The notes beneath the pieces are model-generated. The model was not told where the DNA came from. It did no database searches and saw only the letters and a program-made list of their open reading frames with translations. Shown here piece by piece: positions 29,156-37,473 of a DNA stretch of 64,000 nt; position 1 is the stretch's first letter; each line of letters opens with the position of its first letter. The translations under genes and the position numbers were made by a program. Source of the DNA: an uncultured bacterium (GTDB taxonomy: Bacteria > Zixibacteria > MSB-5A5 > GN15 > FEB-12); assembly GCA_963821635.1 (NCBI GenBank), contig CAWGEP010000007.1:47087-111086 (forward strand), written 5' to 3'.

Positions 29156-29677
29156 ATGAGTACCAAATCAAGAACCAAGTTTATCACCGAAGTCGCACAA
29201 CGCGAATCCACACTGGAACTGGCCAAACCGTTCCGAGTGGAGAAGGAAGACCAGCGTCGTTTCGTCCGGCTTGAAATTTCTTCGCCGATGGACCTCCGCA
29301 AGATCAAGGATATTTCGGGCAATTTCTGGCCGAACGGCGATCGCCGAATGGTCGAAGGCCTGATCCTGAACATTTCCGGCGGCGGCGTTCTGATTGAAAC
29401 CGATCAGCCGGTCAACGAGGGAGACGTGGTCTCCATGCATTTCACGCTCCAGTCGGTCGAGAGCATCGATCACGTGCTGGGGTTGGTCAAGCGCTCGGAT
29501 CGGGATGAAGGGAGTTTCCTCATCGGCATTGAATTCATTACCCGTGAAGCCTTGGCCGACCTTTTCACCGAGGGAGAGCTGGAATTGCTGTCCGAAGATC
29601 TTACCGCGTTTGACGATCAGGTTCGGGCGGTTCTCAACAAATACGTGCAACGGGCACGCCTGAGCGGGAGTATGTGA
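29156..29677 (+). CDS. PilZ-domain protein
   Basis: QRRFVR and NISGGG motifs, IGIEF. Confidence 0.8.
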   Translation: MSTKSRTKFITEVAQRESTLELAKPFRVEKEDQRRFVRLEISSPMDLRKIKDISGNFWPNGDRRMVEGLILNISGGGVLIETDQPVNEGDVVSMHFTLQSVESIDHVLGLVKRSDRDEGSFLIGIEFITREALADLFTEGELELLSEDLTAFDDQVRAVLNKYVQRARLSGSM

Positions 29678-30327
29678 TGATGCGCACCATCTTCCGGCGG
29701 CCGCTCTTGGTCCTGCTGGCGCTGTTGGCGTCGGCGGCGGGGGCCAAAGCTCAGAATAATGTTGTACTGGTCGCGATCGAACAGTCGCCGACCGCCTGGG
29801 CTGACTCGCGCCTCTACGACAAGCTCGCGGAGAGACTGACCCGAGACTCGAAAGTCCGGGTCAGCCAAATCTCGCCGAAGATCATCTCACCGAACGGGAA
29901 CTCCTCCGGTGTCTTTGACTTCGATGATCTGCTCGCCGCCGGCAGAACCGCCGGTGGGCAGTACATCCTGCTCATTCAAATCAACAGCGAGCGCTACGAC
30001 CGGCGCAAAACCTTCACCGTCCCGCTCATTTTCCACAAGTGGGAGGTCATCGGCGTCATCGAGGGGGAGTGGCGGTTGATCGATGTCGTAAAGGGTCGGC
30101 AAATCAAGGCCGCTCCCTTTAAGATTGAAATGAATGGGAAGCGGATTTTTCAGGCTACTATGGATGACAACGTGGATGATCCGGATATTAACATGACCTC
30201 CTCCGCCAAGCTCCTCTTCTTCGGGCAACTCGAAGACCTTCTGGCGGATCAGATTTTCACCGTAAGCCAGATTTACCTGGGAAAGCAGGACCGTGAATAC
30301 GTCACGCGCTCAATCGAAAAAAAGTAA
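29674..30327 (+). CDS. Secreted/periplasmic hypothetical protein
   Basis: Signal peptide (RRPLLVLLALLASAAGAKA); alpha/beta region reminiscent of TolB-N/CsgG-type folds (weak). Confidence 0.6.
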   Translation: MMMRTIFRRPLLVLLALLASAAGAKAQNNVVLVAIEQSPTAWADSRLYDKLAERLTRDSKVRVSQISPKIISPNGNSSGVFDFDDLLAAGRTAGGQYILLIQINSERYDRRKTFTVPLIFHKWEVIGVIEGEWRLIDVVKGRQIKAAPFKIEMNGKRIFQATMDDNVDDPDINMTSSAKLLFFGQLEDLLADQIFTVSQIYLGKQDREYVTRSIEKK

Positions 30328-31135
30328 ACGAACGGCCGCCGCCGCTCCTCTCGGCCTCGTGTCTGAACTGCTGGCCCTCAACCGGCAGCGTCTGCCCGAT
30401 GCCACGCTTATCGAGGATGTTCTCAAGCTGCTGCAGACGCATTTCAAATTTGCCGCCGCGACGATCTATCTCATCGATTCGCACAACAAGCTCGAGCCGG
30501 TGGCCAGCCTGGGACGGCAGACTGAGGTTCTCGAATTTGTCGCCGTGGGGCAGGGACAAGGGCTTTCCGCCTGGTCCGCGCTCAGCGGCAATACGGTTTT
30601 TTTGAGAGATCGATCCCGGTCACGTACGTTTGACCCAAGCACCGATTTCGGGACTTTCCTGTCCATGCCGATTCCGGTTTCCGATACGCCTATCGGCGCT
30701 CTCACGGTCGGCTTCACCGAACCCAACGCCTTGTCGGATTCGGCCGCCGAGAGCCTGCAGCAGGTGGGCGACTTGCTCGCCTTCCTCATGGAGCGGTACA
30801 ATTATGTGGGTCAACTGGCTCACGCCCAGGCGGCGGTTCGAGAAGTCCAAAAGAAACTGGCGGGCTCTCCAGCTATTGCCCCGTCTATCACTCCAGTGGC
30901 CCCGATTGTAGAGTTGGCCATGGGACTTAACCATGAAATCAACGATCAGTTGGCGGTCGTGGTCGGCAATTTGCAGTGTCTTCTGGTGGATGATACGATT
31001 CGCAATCAAAAACTCCTTTATCGCCTGCGACGAATGCAGGAAGCGGCTCTCAGGATACGCGAAGCCTCCAATCGTCTCCGCGGCTTTGACGAGTTAATGG
31101 AACGTTCAGCTTCGCCGGTCCCGGCCGGGAAGTAA
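30293..31135 (+). CDS. GAF domain plus HisKA-like (DHp) protein lacking the ATPase domain
   Basis: GAF features (ATIYLID, GQGLSAWSA, FLSMPI..PIGALTV); H-box LNHEINDQLAVVVGNLQ; ends about 65 aa after the His. Confidence 0.7.
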   Translation: MNTSRAQSKKSKRTAAAAPLGLVSELLALNRQRLPDATLIEDVLKLLQTHFKFAAATIYLIDSHNKLEPVASLGRQTEVLEFVAVGQGQGLSAWSALSGNTVFLRDRSRSRTFDPSTDFGTFLSMPIPVSDTPIGALTVGFTEPNALSDSAAESLQQVGDLLAFLMERYNYVGQLAHAQAAVREVQKKLAGSPAIAPSITPVAPIVELAMGLNHEINDQLAVVVGNLQCLLVDDTIRNQKLLYRLRRMQEAALRIREASNRLRGFDELMERSASPVPAGK

Positions 31136-31153
31136 TAGGGGGAAGGCCAACGC

Positions 31154-31525
31154 ATGACCGAAACTGTCAGGGAAAAGCAGCAGCGTGAACTCGAACTGGT
31201 CGACCAGGTCGACTACCTCGGGGAAGAAGTGCGGACGCTTGCACTGAATCTGGCCATCTATCTGGCCAAGGTGAAGGCCGCGACCAAGACCGAAGCCCTC
31301 AACCGGATGGAACCCGAGTTCATCAAACTGGTCAACGGGACGGTCAAAGTGGTCCAGGAAATGACCCTGATCCTGAACGCCGCCCGGAACATGGAACGGA
31401 TGATTTATGAGGTACCGTCCGGAACGCTCGAGCAGGACCGCCTCGAGGTTCGTCTCCGCTCAGTGCTCGATCAGTGCGGCAGCATCTTGACCAGTCTCCG
31501 GCAAGCCAAAGAAATTCGGGCCTGA
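31154..31525 (+). CDS. Small helical protein resembling a degenerate chemoreceptor signalling hairpin
   Basis: GEEVRTLALNLAIYLAK ... EFIKLVNGTVKVVQEM aligns by eye with MCP AEQTNLLALNAAIEAAR ... EVRKLAERT..ATKEI. Confidence 0.5.
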   Translation: MTETVREKQQRELELVDQVDYLGEEVRTLALNLAIYLAKVKAATKTEALNRMEPEFIKLVNGTVKVVQEMTLILNAARNMERMIYEVPSGTLEQDRLEVRLRSVLDQCGSILTSLRQAKEIRA

Positions 31526-31535
31526 ACCGGTCTGT

Positions 31536-31561
31536 TCAGGAATTGAACTTTTCGCCGATAA
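31536..31561 (+). promoter_or_regulatory. Candidate sigma28 promoter for REC-REC-fapA
   Basis: Perfect -10 GCCGATAA at 31554-31561 with TCAGG upstream, in a 115-nt intergenic gap. Confidence 0.5.
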
Positions 31562-31640
31562 TACGAGTAAGGCCTGTGGGCTCTTTGGGGAACCGGCCGG
31601 AATCGAGAGCGGTAAGCAGATATATCAGATAAGGTGAACT

Positions 31641-32069
31641 ATGCACTCCGCGGTGATTGAAAGACTTTCTGAAGTCGCGCAGAAGCGCGGCCGACCGTTC
31701 GAAATCCTGATAGTTGATGACGAGCGCTACGTGCGCGAAGTGTTCCGCGACTATTGCGCCCTGACCAACTCCTGTCAGATCGATCTAGCCCTCGGGGGCA
31801 AGGATGCCCTGGAAAAAGTGGCCGCCAAGAAATACGATCTGATTACCATGGACCTGATCATGCCCGACATTTCAGGTCTCGAAGCTCTGATGGCCATCAA
31901 GGAATTCTGTCCCCAGGTCCCCGTCATGGTGGTCACCGGGAACGCCACCGACAAGCTGGTGCGTGAAGCCGGCATCAAGGGAGCCTGCCGGGTTGTGTAC
32001 AAGCCGGTCATGCTGGAAGATTTTTTGAATGAAATAGCCATCACGCTTACTAAAGAAAGCGGGGAATGA
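31641..32069 (+). CDS. Single-domain response regulator (CheY-like receiver)
   Basis: ILIVDDE, DLITMDLIMPDISG (phospho-Asp), VVTG, KPV. Confidence 0.9.
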   Translation: MHSAVIERLSEVAQKRGRPFEILIVDDERYVREVFRDYCALTNSCQIDLALGGKDALEKVAAKKYDLITMDLIMPDISGLEALMAIKEFCPQVPVMVVTGNATDKLVREAGIKGACRVVYKPVMLEDFLNEIAITLTKESGE

Positions 32070-32075
32070 CAGATC

Positions 32076-32531
32076 ATGTCTGAGCTCCAACCGGGCCCCA
32101 ACACCAACGATCCGCAATCAGAGTATGGGACGATGAAAAGCTCTATCACTATACTAGTTGTCGACGACGAAGAGATGATGCGCTCTCTCTTGAGCAAGAT
32201 TCTCACGCGCGACGGCTACACCCTCGTCACGGCAGAGGACGGCCAGGCCGCCCTCGAAGTACTCAGCAGCCGGCCTGTCTCGATCATTATTTCCGATATC
32301 AAGATGCCTCGTCTGAACGGCTTTGAATTGCTCAAGGCGGTTAAGACCAAGTATCCCGAGATCGGCATGATCATGATGACCGCCTACGGCGATACGTTTA
32401 CAGTCAAGGATGCCCTCCTTCTCGGCGCCGACGAGTACATCACCAAGCCGTTCAAGAGTTTCGAAATCTCGCTCGTAGTCGAGCGGGCCTACTGGCGCAT
32501 AGTCTCCGCCGCCAGCCGGGCTCAAACGTAA
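32076..32531 (+). CDS. Single-domain response regulator (CheY-like receiver)
   Basis: ILVVDDE, ISDIKMPRLNG, MTAYG, ITKPF. Confidence 0.92.
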   Translation: MSELQPGPNTNDPQSEYGTMKSSITILVVDDEEMMRSLLSKILTRDGYTLVTAEDGQAALEVLSSRPVSIIISDIKMPRLNGFELLKAVKTKYPEIGMIMMTAYGDTFTVKDALLLGADEYITKPFKSFEISLVVERAYWRIVSAASRAQT

Positions 32532-32545
32532 TTTCAGGTTATGGC

Positions 32546-33955
32546 ATGACACCGGACGCGGTTCAATCGGTTCGCCAGCGCATTAAGATCAACGTCTCCA
32601 AGGACGGATTGACCGCGATGATGGTTATCCATCCCCCCCAACCGGGGGAGCCTTCCGTGACCAAAGAGGATATCCTCGCCGAATTCGAACGCGCCGGCAT
32701 TGTTCTCGGCGTTATCGAAGAGGCCGTCGACTCGAGCCTTCGCGACAAACTGTTCAATACCCCGATTATCATCGCCAAAGGCCAGCCCCCGGTGAAAGGG
32801 GAAAACTCAGCCTTTGAGTACAAATTCGATGCCACCAACAACCACTCCCCTCGCGAGGACAAAGACGGCCGCATCGATTACAAAGATATCAACTTCATTC
32901 AAAACGCCCAGGAGGGGATGGTGCTGGCTGTTCGTACCCCTGCCACCCTGGGCGAACCGGGACACAGTGTCACCGGCAAGGAACTCCCTCCGGTGGCGGG
33001 ACGTGACATTCCTTTCCGCATCGGCGCAAACACCAAGGTGTCCGATGACGGAAATTCGCTGACGGCGGCTTCCAACGGCGTGATTGTCTATCGCGACGGC
33101 GAAGTCTCGGTAAAAGATGTCATGACCATTTCCAGCGATGTTGATTTCAACGTCGGTAACCTTGACTGTCGGGGCTCTCTCAGGATCACCGGCGATATCA
33201 AGGCCGGCTTCAGTGTCAACACAGATGGCGACCTCGAGGTTAACGGAAGTGTTGAGGACTGCACGATTACGGCCAAAGGGAATATCATGGTCAAAGGGGG
33301 TTTCTTCGGCAACGGCACGGGCGTCATGCACGCCGACGGAAACGTCACGGTCAAATTCGTCGAAGGTCAGAAGATTACGGCCGGGGGAGACATCTACATC
33401 GGCGGCGAGATGATCAACTGCAATGTCACCGCCAAAGGAAACGTCTACGTCAAAGGAAAAAAAGGGAAGATCGTGGGCGGAGATATTCGAGCCGGCAAGG
33501 AGATCCGGGCCTGCGTGCTTGGCTCCGAGGCCGGGACGCACACGCTTCTCAGTGTCGCCTATAACGCCGAACTTATGCGATCATATTTTGAGGCGGGGAA
33601 GGAGATTCAGCGCCTGAACGCCGACTTCGCCCGGATCAAAGAGGCGCTCTATGGCCTCTATCGCCTGCAGATGGACGGTAAACTCACGCCCGACAAAAAA
33701 GCCGCTCTTGAAAAGCTCGAAGCGTTCCAGAAGGATCTCCCCGGCAACCTGGAAACCCTCCAGAAGACCCGCGCCGGTATAGAGGAAAAGCTCAAAGAAT
33801 ACAAAGATGCCCGAGTGATCGCTGAGGAAATCATCTACCCCGGTGTCCAGGCCCACTTTGGTCTGATCTATCGCGAAGTCCTCGAAGAGGCGCGCCAGTG
33901 TCAGTTGACCATGGAAGGAAACCAGGTCCTGATGTCCGATTTCAAGGGGCGCTGA
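32546..33955 (+). CDS. FapA/DUF342 family flagellar-associated protein
   Basis: VSKDGLTA, IAKGQPPVKGEN, DGRIDYKD, DVDFNVGNL, beta-helix repeats, IVGG..AG. Confidence 0.88.
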   Translation: MTPDAVQSVRQRIKINVSKDGLTAMMVIHPPQPGEPSVTKEDILAEFERAGIVLGVIEEAVDSSLRDKLFNTPIIIAKGQPPVKGENSAFEYKFDATNNHSPREDKDGRIDYKDINFIQNAQEGMVLAVRTPATLGEPGHSVTGKELPPVAGRDIPFRIGANTKVSDDGNSLTAASNGVIVYRDGEVSVKDVMTISSDVDFNVGNLDCRGSLRITGDIKAGFSVNTDGDLEVNGSVEDCTITAKGNIMVKGGFFGNGTGVMHADGNVTVKFVEGQKITAGGDIYIGGEMINCNVTAKGNVYVKGKKGKIVGGDIRAGKEIRACVLGSEAGTHTLLSVAYNAELMRSYFEAGKEIQRLNADFARIKEALYGLYRLQMDGKLTPDKKAALEKLEAFQKDLPGNLETLQKTRAGIEEKLKEYKDARVIAEEIIYPGVQAHFGLIYREVLEEARQCQLTMEGNQVLMSDFKGR

Positions 33956-33993
33956 CCCCGATTCATTCCACTCTTTGCTCTCCGAAAAACCCC

Positions 33994-34022
33994 TTGAGTC
34001 GTGCCGCCGATTGGGATATATT
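33994..34022 (+). promoter_or_regulatory. Sigma70 promoter of tRNA-Ser
   Basis: TTGAGT-N17-TATATT followed by GC-rich discriminator CCGCCC. Confidence 0.6.
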
Positions 34023-34046
34023 CCGCCCACAATTTCGTATCGAGAC

Positions 34047-34136
34047 GGAGAGGTGGCCGAGTGGCTGAAGGCAGCTGCCTGCTAAGCAGTTGATTCCGAA
34101 AGGGGTCCCAGGGTTCGAATCCCTGCCTCTCCGCCA
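34047..34136 (+). tRNA. tRNA-Ser (anticodon GCT)
   Basis: GGAGAGG/CCTCTCC acceptor stem, D-arm GCCGAGTGG, anticodon loop CT-GCT-AA, long variable arm, GGTTCGAATCC, encoded CCA. Confidence 0.97.
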
Positions 34137-34394
34137 TGTAGTACATGGAACCGGCACGGCCTTCTCATTCACAATCGGAAAAGTCTCGAATTCTATGGCA
34201 GGCGCTGGAGTGACGCGTACTTGTCTCACAAGTTACTTCCGGGGTTGGCTTCAAGGTCGAATTTACACGGTTCGATATGCATCGGGAATCCTCCGCCATG
34301 AGGTCTACGTTTTTACGCCCCGAGCATACTCAATCTGTCTTCAACCTCCGATGTGGTCTTTTGCCAAATAGTCGCCGGCTCACGCCTGACCCAC

Positions 34395-34411
34395 GGGGTG
34401 TCTGACACCCC
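34395..34411. repeat. Perfect palindrome GGGGTGTC-T-GACACCCC (REP-like)
   Basis: 8-bp inverted repeat with a 1-nt centre, intergenic after the tRNA. Confidence 0.45.
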
Positions 34412-34510
34412 CTATCCCATTGCCCCAATTCCAACAATCGCGTACGTTGAAATCCTGACTCCGGGCATGTCTTACGGCATGCCGGGACTGAATATGGTTG
34501 GTATTGTCAT

Positions 34511-36373
34511 ATGTCGAGGATTTGCGGGATAGTCGATTCGGGTCTCTCCACGGACCAGATTTCTGTTGCCGTTCACCATCTGATCCAACCTCAGCTTCAT
34601 TCCGACGACTTTTTAGAAGAGACACGCAGACTCGACGGCGTTGCGTTTGGACGGATTTTCTTCAAGAACTACAACTTTTCGACCCATCTCTCCAAACATA
34701 GTCAGAAATCACTTTGCGCGTTTTCCGGCTATTTTCGAGATCTGGCGACACTCTGTCGGCGGGTCGGAGAAGAGTCCCACGGCGCGCTGGAGCCGACCAA
34801 CCCGGCTGAAGTTCTGAGTTACTCGCTGCCCAAGTTCGGTCCGTCTTGGCTGGCGAATTTGAGCGGAAGCTATGTCTTTGCCCTTTGGCTGGCCGAGACC
34901 CGGACGCTACTTCTCGGCTCCGACCGCTACGGAATGACTCCGCTCTACTACCGCCATAGCGGAACTCAATTTGCCTTTGCCTCTGAAATCAAAGGGTTGG
35001 TAAATCTGCAGCCTGACCACAAGGTCAACTTTCCGGCTTTTCAGGAAATTGTGGCGCTGGGGCATCCGCTATCCGATGGCACCATGTACCCTTCGGTTCA
35101 TCGGTTACCGCCCTCATCGATCCTTACTTTTCAGGACGGACGCCTGGAGATCAAGAAGTATTGGTGGTACGATCAATTACCGTCGCCGCAACATGTCACC
35201 GTTCCTGAGTTTCTCGAAACCGCCCAGCACCTCTTTGCTCGCTCAGTCAAGACGCTCCTGGCTCAAATTCAAAAGCCGGTCTGTATGCTTAGCGCCGGCT
35301 ATGATTCCCGGCGGATTCTTATCGAGCTTGCCTCCCAATCCAAACCCATCTCGGCGTACACCGCACCGATTGTGCATACCGACGGCCGCTTCGTATACGA
35401 CGTTCTGATTGCCAGGGCGCTTTGCGACCGGTTCGGCGTGTCACACCGCGCGTCTGAGCTCCCGGATCCCTCGGAAGCCGGCGCGCTCGTGCAACACACC
35501 CATCGCTTTCTGGACTTCCAGACCGATTTCCATCCCTGGATATTGCCGCTGTTGCGCGAAATCCCGCCCGCAGGCGGAGTCAATTTTGACGGACTAGGCG
35601 GAGATATTCTTTTCGAATCGAACTTTGTCTACGAAGCCGAGGCTGCTCACACTGCGTATCCCGGTCTCCTCGCCGAGTCGGTCCTGACCCGTTTTCCGGA
35701 CTTGTGGGCATCACACTTTCGGCTGAAAATCGATGCCCCGCCGCTATTGGATCGAGTGGAGCAGTTGCTTCAAGCGCTGCCGGAGTTCGATCACCGGCAT
35801 ACTCTGTTCTACTTCACGAACTGGACCCGTCGAATGACTGCGCTTCTGACTTGCGGTCTGCTCTCACTCAAAATGGACTCGGTTTTTCCGTTCCTGGATT
35901 ACGACCTGGTCGATTTCCTGTTCTCACTCCCGCCTGTGATCAAACGAAGCTCGGAAGTCAGCAAAGCTATGCTTCAAAACAGGGACCCGGAGCTTGCCCG
36001 CATGATTCCGACTTCCCACCATCCCGGGATATATACCGAACCCGATGATTTCTGCCGGCCGTTCTGCCGGCCGACTCCCAGCAACTACGTTCGGCGGAGC
36101 CAGACCTCAATTTATCGGGCCGCAGCATCCGACATTTGGAAGGGACGAGGTTTGTTCGGGCAACTGTCCCGAAACTCCCAGGCTGCGGTTCTCGGAATCT
36201 CCCTTACACGCGGAATGTCGTCGGTTCCGGCATCATTGCTCGGCCGCGCCTGGCCATTGACCTTTGTCGGGCAATACGCCCTGCAACGCCGCACGGTCGA
36301 TCGGCCGGCTTGGAGCGCGGAAGGGCTGGAGCAGGCGAGACGCTACGTCTATTCAAAACTGGACGCGCGGTGA
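34511..36373 (+). CDS. Asparagine synthase-like (AsnB family) protein, probably acting on a surface polysaccharide
   Basis: LSGSYVFALW, DRYGMTPLYY, FASEIKGL, LSAGYDSR, DGLGGD, PFLDYDLVDF. Confidence 0.8.
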   Translation: MSRICGIVDSGLSTDQISVAVHHLIQPQLHSDDFLEETRRLDGVAFGRIFFKNYNFSTHLSKHSQKSLCAFSGYFRDLATLCRRVGEESHGALEPTNPAEVLSYSLPKFGPSWLANLSGSYVFALWLAETRTLLLGSDRYGMTPLYYRHSGTQFAFASEIKGLVNLQPDHKVNFPAFQEIVALGHPLSDGTMYPSVHRLPPSSILTFQDGRLEIKKYWWYDQLPSPQHVTVPEFLETAQHLFARSVKTLLAQIQKPVCMLSAGYDSRRILIELASQSKPISAYTAPIVHTDGRFVYDVLIARALCDRFGVSHRASELPDPSEAGALVQHTHRFLDFQTDFHPWILPLLREIPPAGGVNFDGLGGDILFESNFVYEAEAAHTAYPGLLAESVLTRFPDLWASHFRLKIDAPPLLDRVEQLLQALPEFDHRHTLFYFTNWTRRMTALLTCGLLSLKMDSVFPFLDYDLVDFLFSLPPVIKRSSEVSKAMLQNRDPELARMIPTSHHPGIYTEPDDFCRPFCRPTPSNYVRRSQTSIYRAAASDIWKGRGLFGQLSRNSQAAVLGISLTRGMSSVPASLLGRAWPLTFVGQYALQRRTVDRPAWSAEGLEQARRYVYSKLDAR

Positions 36374-36439
36374 TGCCGGTTTCCACGTTTACGAAAAGCT
36401 TTGCACAGATGAGCCTGGGAGTGAGATTGGTCGATTTTG

Positions 36440-36506
36440 CAACTCCTTGATAGAAGACAATATAGGTATGCTTGGCCGAAATTGGGCCAATGGCATGAGC
36501 TTTGCT
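36440..36506 (+). promoter_or_regulatory. Sigma54 promoter with upstream IHF site for the PEP-CTERM gene
   Basis: TGGCAT-GAGCT-TTGCT at 36491-36506; CAACTCCTTGATA at 36440-36452 matches IHF YAANNNNTTGATW. Confidence 0.7.
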
Positions 36507-36566
36507 TTAGTTCCCTTGACTCACTTTGATTGCAAGTGAACCTAAAGATTAGAGGTAGTCTGCACT

Positions 36567-37361
36567 GTGAAAAAGCTATTGTTCCTGACACTCACGCTTA
36601 TTGTCCTTTCCGCCCCGGTCTATGCTTCGTTCCCGTATCACTACGGCAGCATCTGGGGAAACGCCAGTCCGTTCGATTACAATGACAACTGGGCCCCGAT
36701 CAAGTACCCCTCCGGGGTCGGCAATCTGCCGTCACCCGGTCTATTGGGTGAGGGGGGAAAGAAATTCGATCTCGAAGGCTTGCAAGTCAAAGAAGTCGGC
36801 AACTATGTTTATGTGGCCCTGGCCAATTCCTTTGGGACGGTCGCCCATTCGACTGATTGGAACCAGAACTACCGCATGGGGGACCTGTTTATCGGCGTGA
36901 ACGGCGGCAAGTACGACTACGCCCTGGACATTAACTCGCTGGCCAACGGCAAGGCCGGATTCTACAAGGTCAACAACAGCTGGACAAATATTCAGAATGT
37001 CCGGGGCAGTTACTATAATTACGCCACCATCCGCAATCAAGTAGGTGCCTTTGAAGTCGGCGGCGGCGCCAGCAAACTGGGGGATGCGGATTTCTTCACC
37101 ACATACGCCCCGAATTTCGAGACCACTCATATCATGCCCGGCAACGGCGATACGTATGAACTCGAATTCCGCTTCGACCGCGCGCTTTTGGGCGGGAGCT
37201 TTAACAAGCTGAACTTCCACGCTACCCTCGGCTGCGGAAACGATCTCCTTGAGGAAAGCTACACCGCAGTTCCGGAACCGGCGACTCTTCTTCTGCTCGG
37301 TCTCGGCCTTGCCGGCACGGTCCTCACCCGCCGCCGGGCCTGGTCACGTTCCGCGGCTTGA
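36567..37361 (+). CDS. PEP-CTERM sorting-domain surface protein
   Basis: Signal peptide; C-terminal VPEPATLLLLGLGLAGTVLTRRR. Confidence 0.92.
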   Translation: MKKLLFLTLTLIVLSAPVYASFPYHYGSIWGNASPFDYNDNWAPIKYPSGVGNLPSPGLLGEGGKKFDLEGLQVKEVGNYVYVALANSFGTVAHSTDWNQNYRMGDLFIGVNGGKYDYALDINSLANGKAGFYKVNNSWTNIQNVRGSYYNYATIRNQVGAFEVGGGASKLGDADFFTTYAPNFETTHIMPGNGDTYELEFRFDRALLGGSFNKLNFHATLGCGNDLLEESYTAVPEPATLLLLGLGLAGTVLTRRRAWSRSAA

Positions 37362-37403
37362 GTTCCCCGGTTGTCGTCGATCAGTTTTCAATTTCGGTGG
37401 AGG

Positions 37404-37428
37404 AGAGGAGTTGGTCGCGGACTCCTCT
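37404..37428. terminator. Hairpin between convergent genes
   Basis: AGAGGAGT...ACTCCTCT 8-bp stem; no U-tract. Confidence 0.35.
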
Positions 37429-37473
37429 GGAATCAGCTACATCGACTCAGCATGGGCCTGATCTCCAGTGACG

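Noticed and set aside
8684..33955. c-di-GMP riboswitch in flagellar intergenic regions
   Set aside because: No GGCAAAC/GGGxCGCAAAGC-type class I pattern seen in the intergenic gaps
34284..34300. GAATC-CTCCGCCATG resembling the tRNA-Ser 3' end (possible att remnant)
   Set aside because: Only 10 bp are identical, no integrase is present, and chance is plausible
33901..34371. ORFs overlapping the tRNA
   Set aside because: Spurious translations across tRNA-Ser and its flanks
34511..36373. AsnB-like gene as a lasso-peptide cyclase
   Set aside because: No B1/B2 genes or convincing precursor nearby; the Wzx/PEP-CTERM context fits polysaccharide modification better
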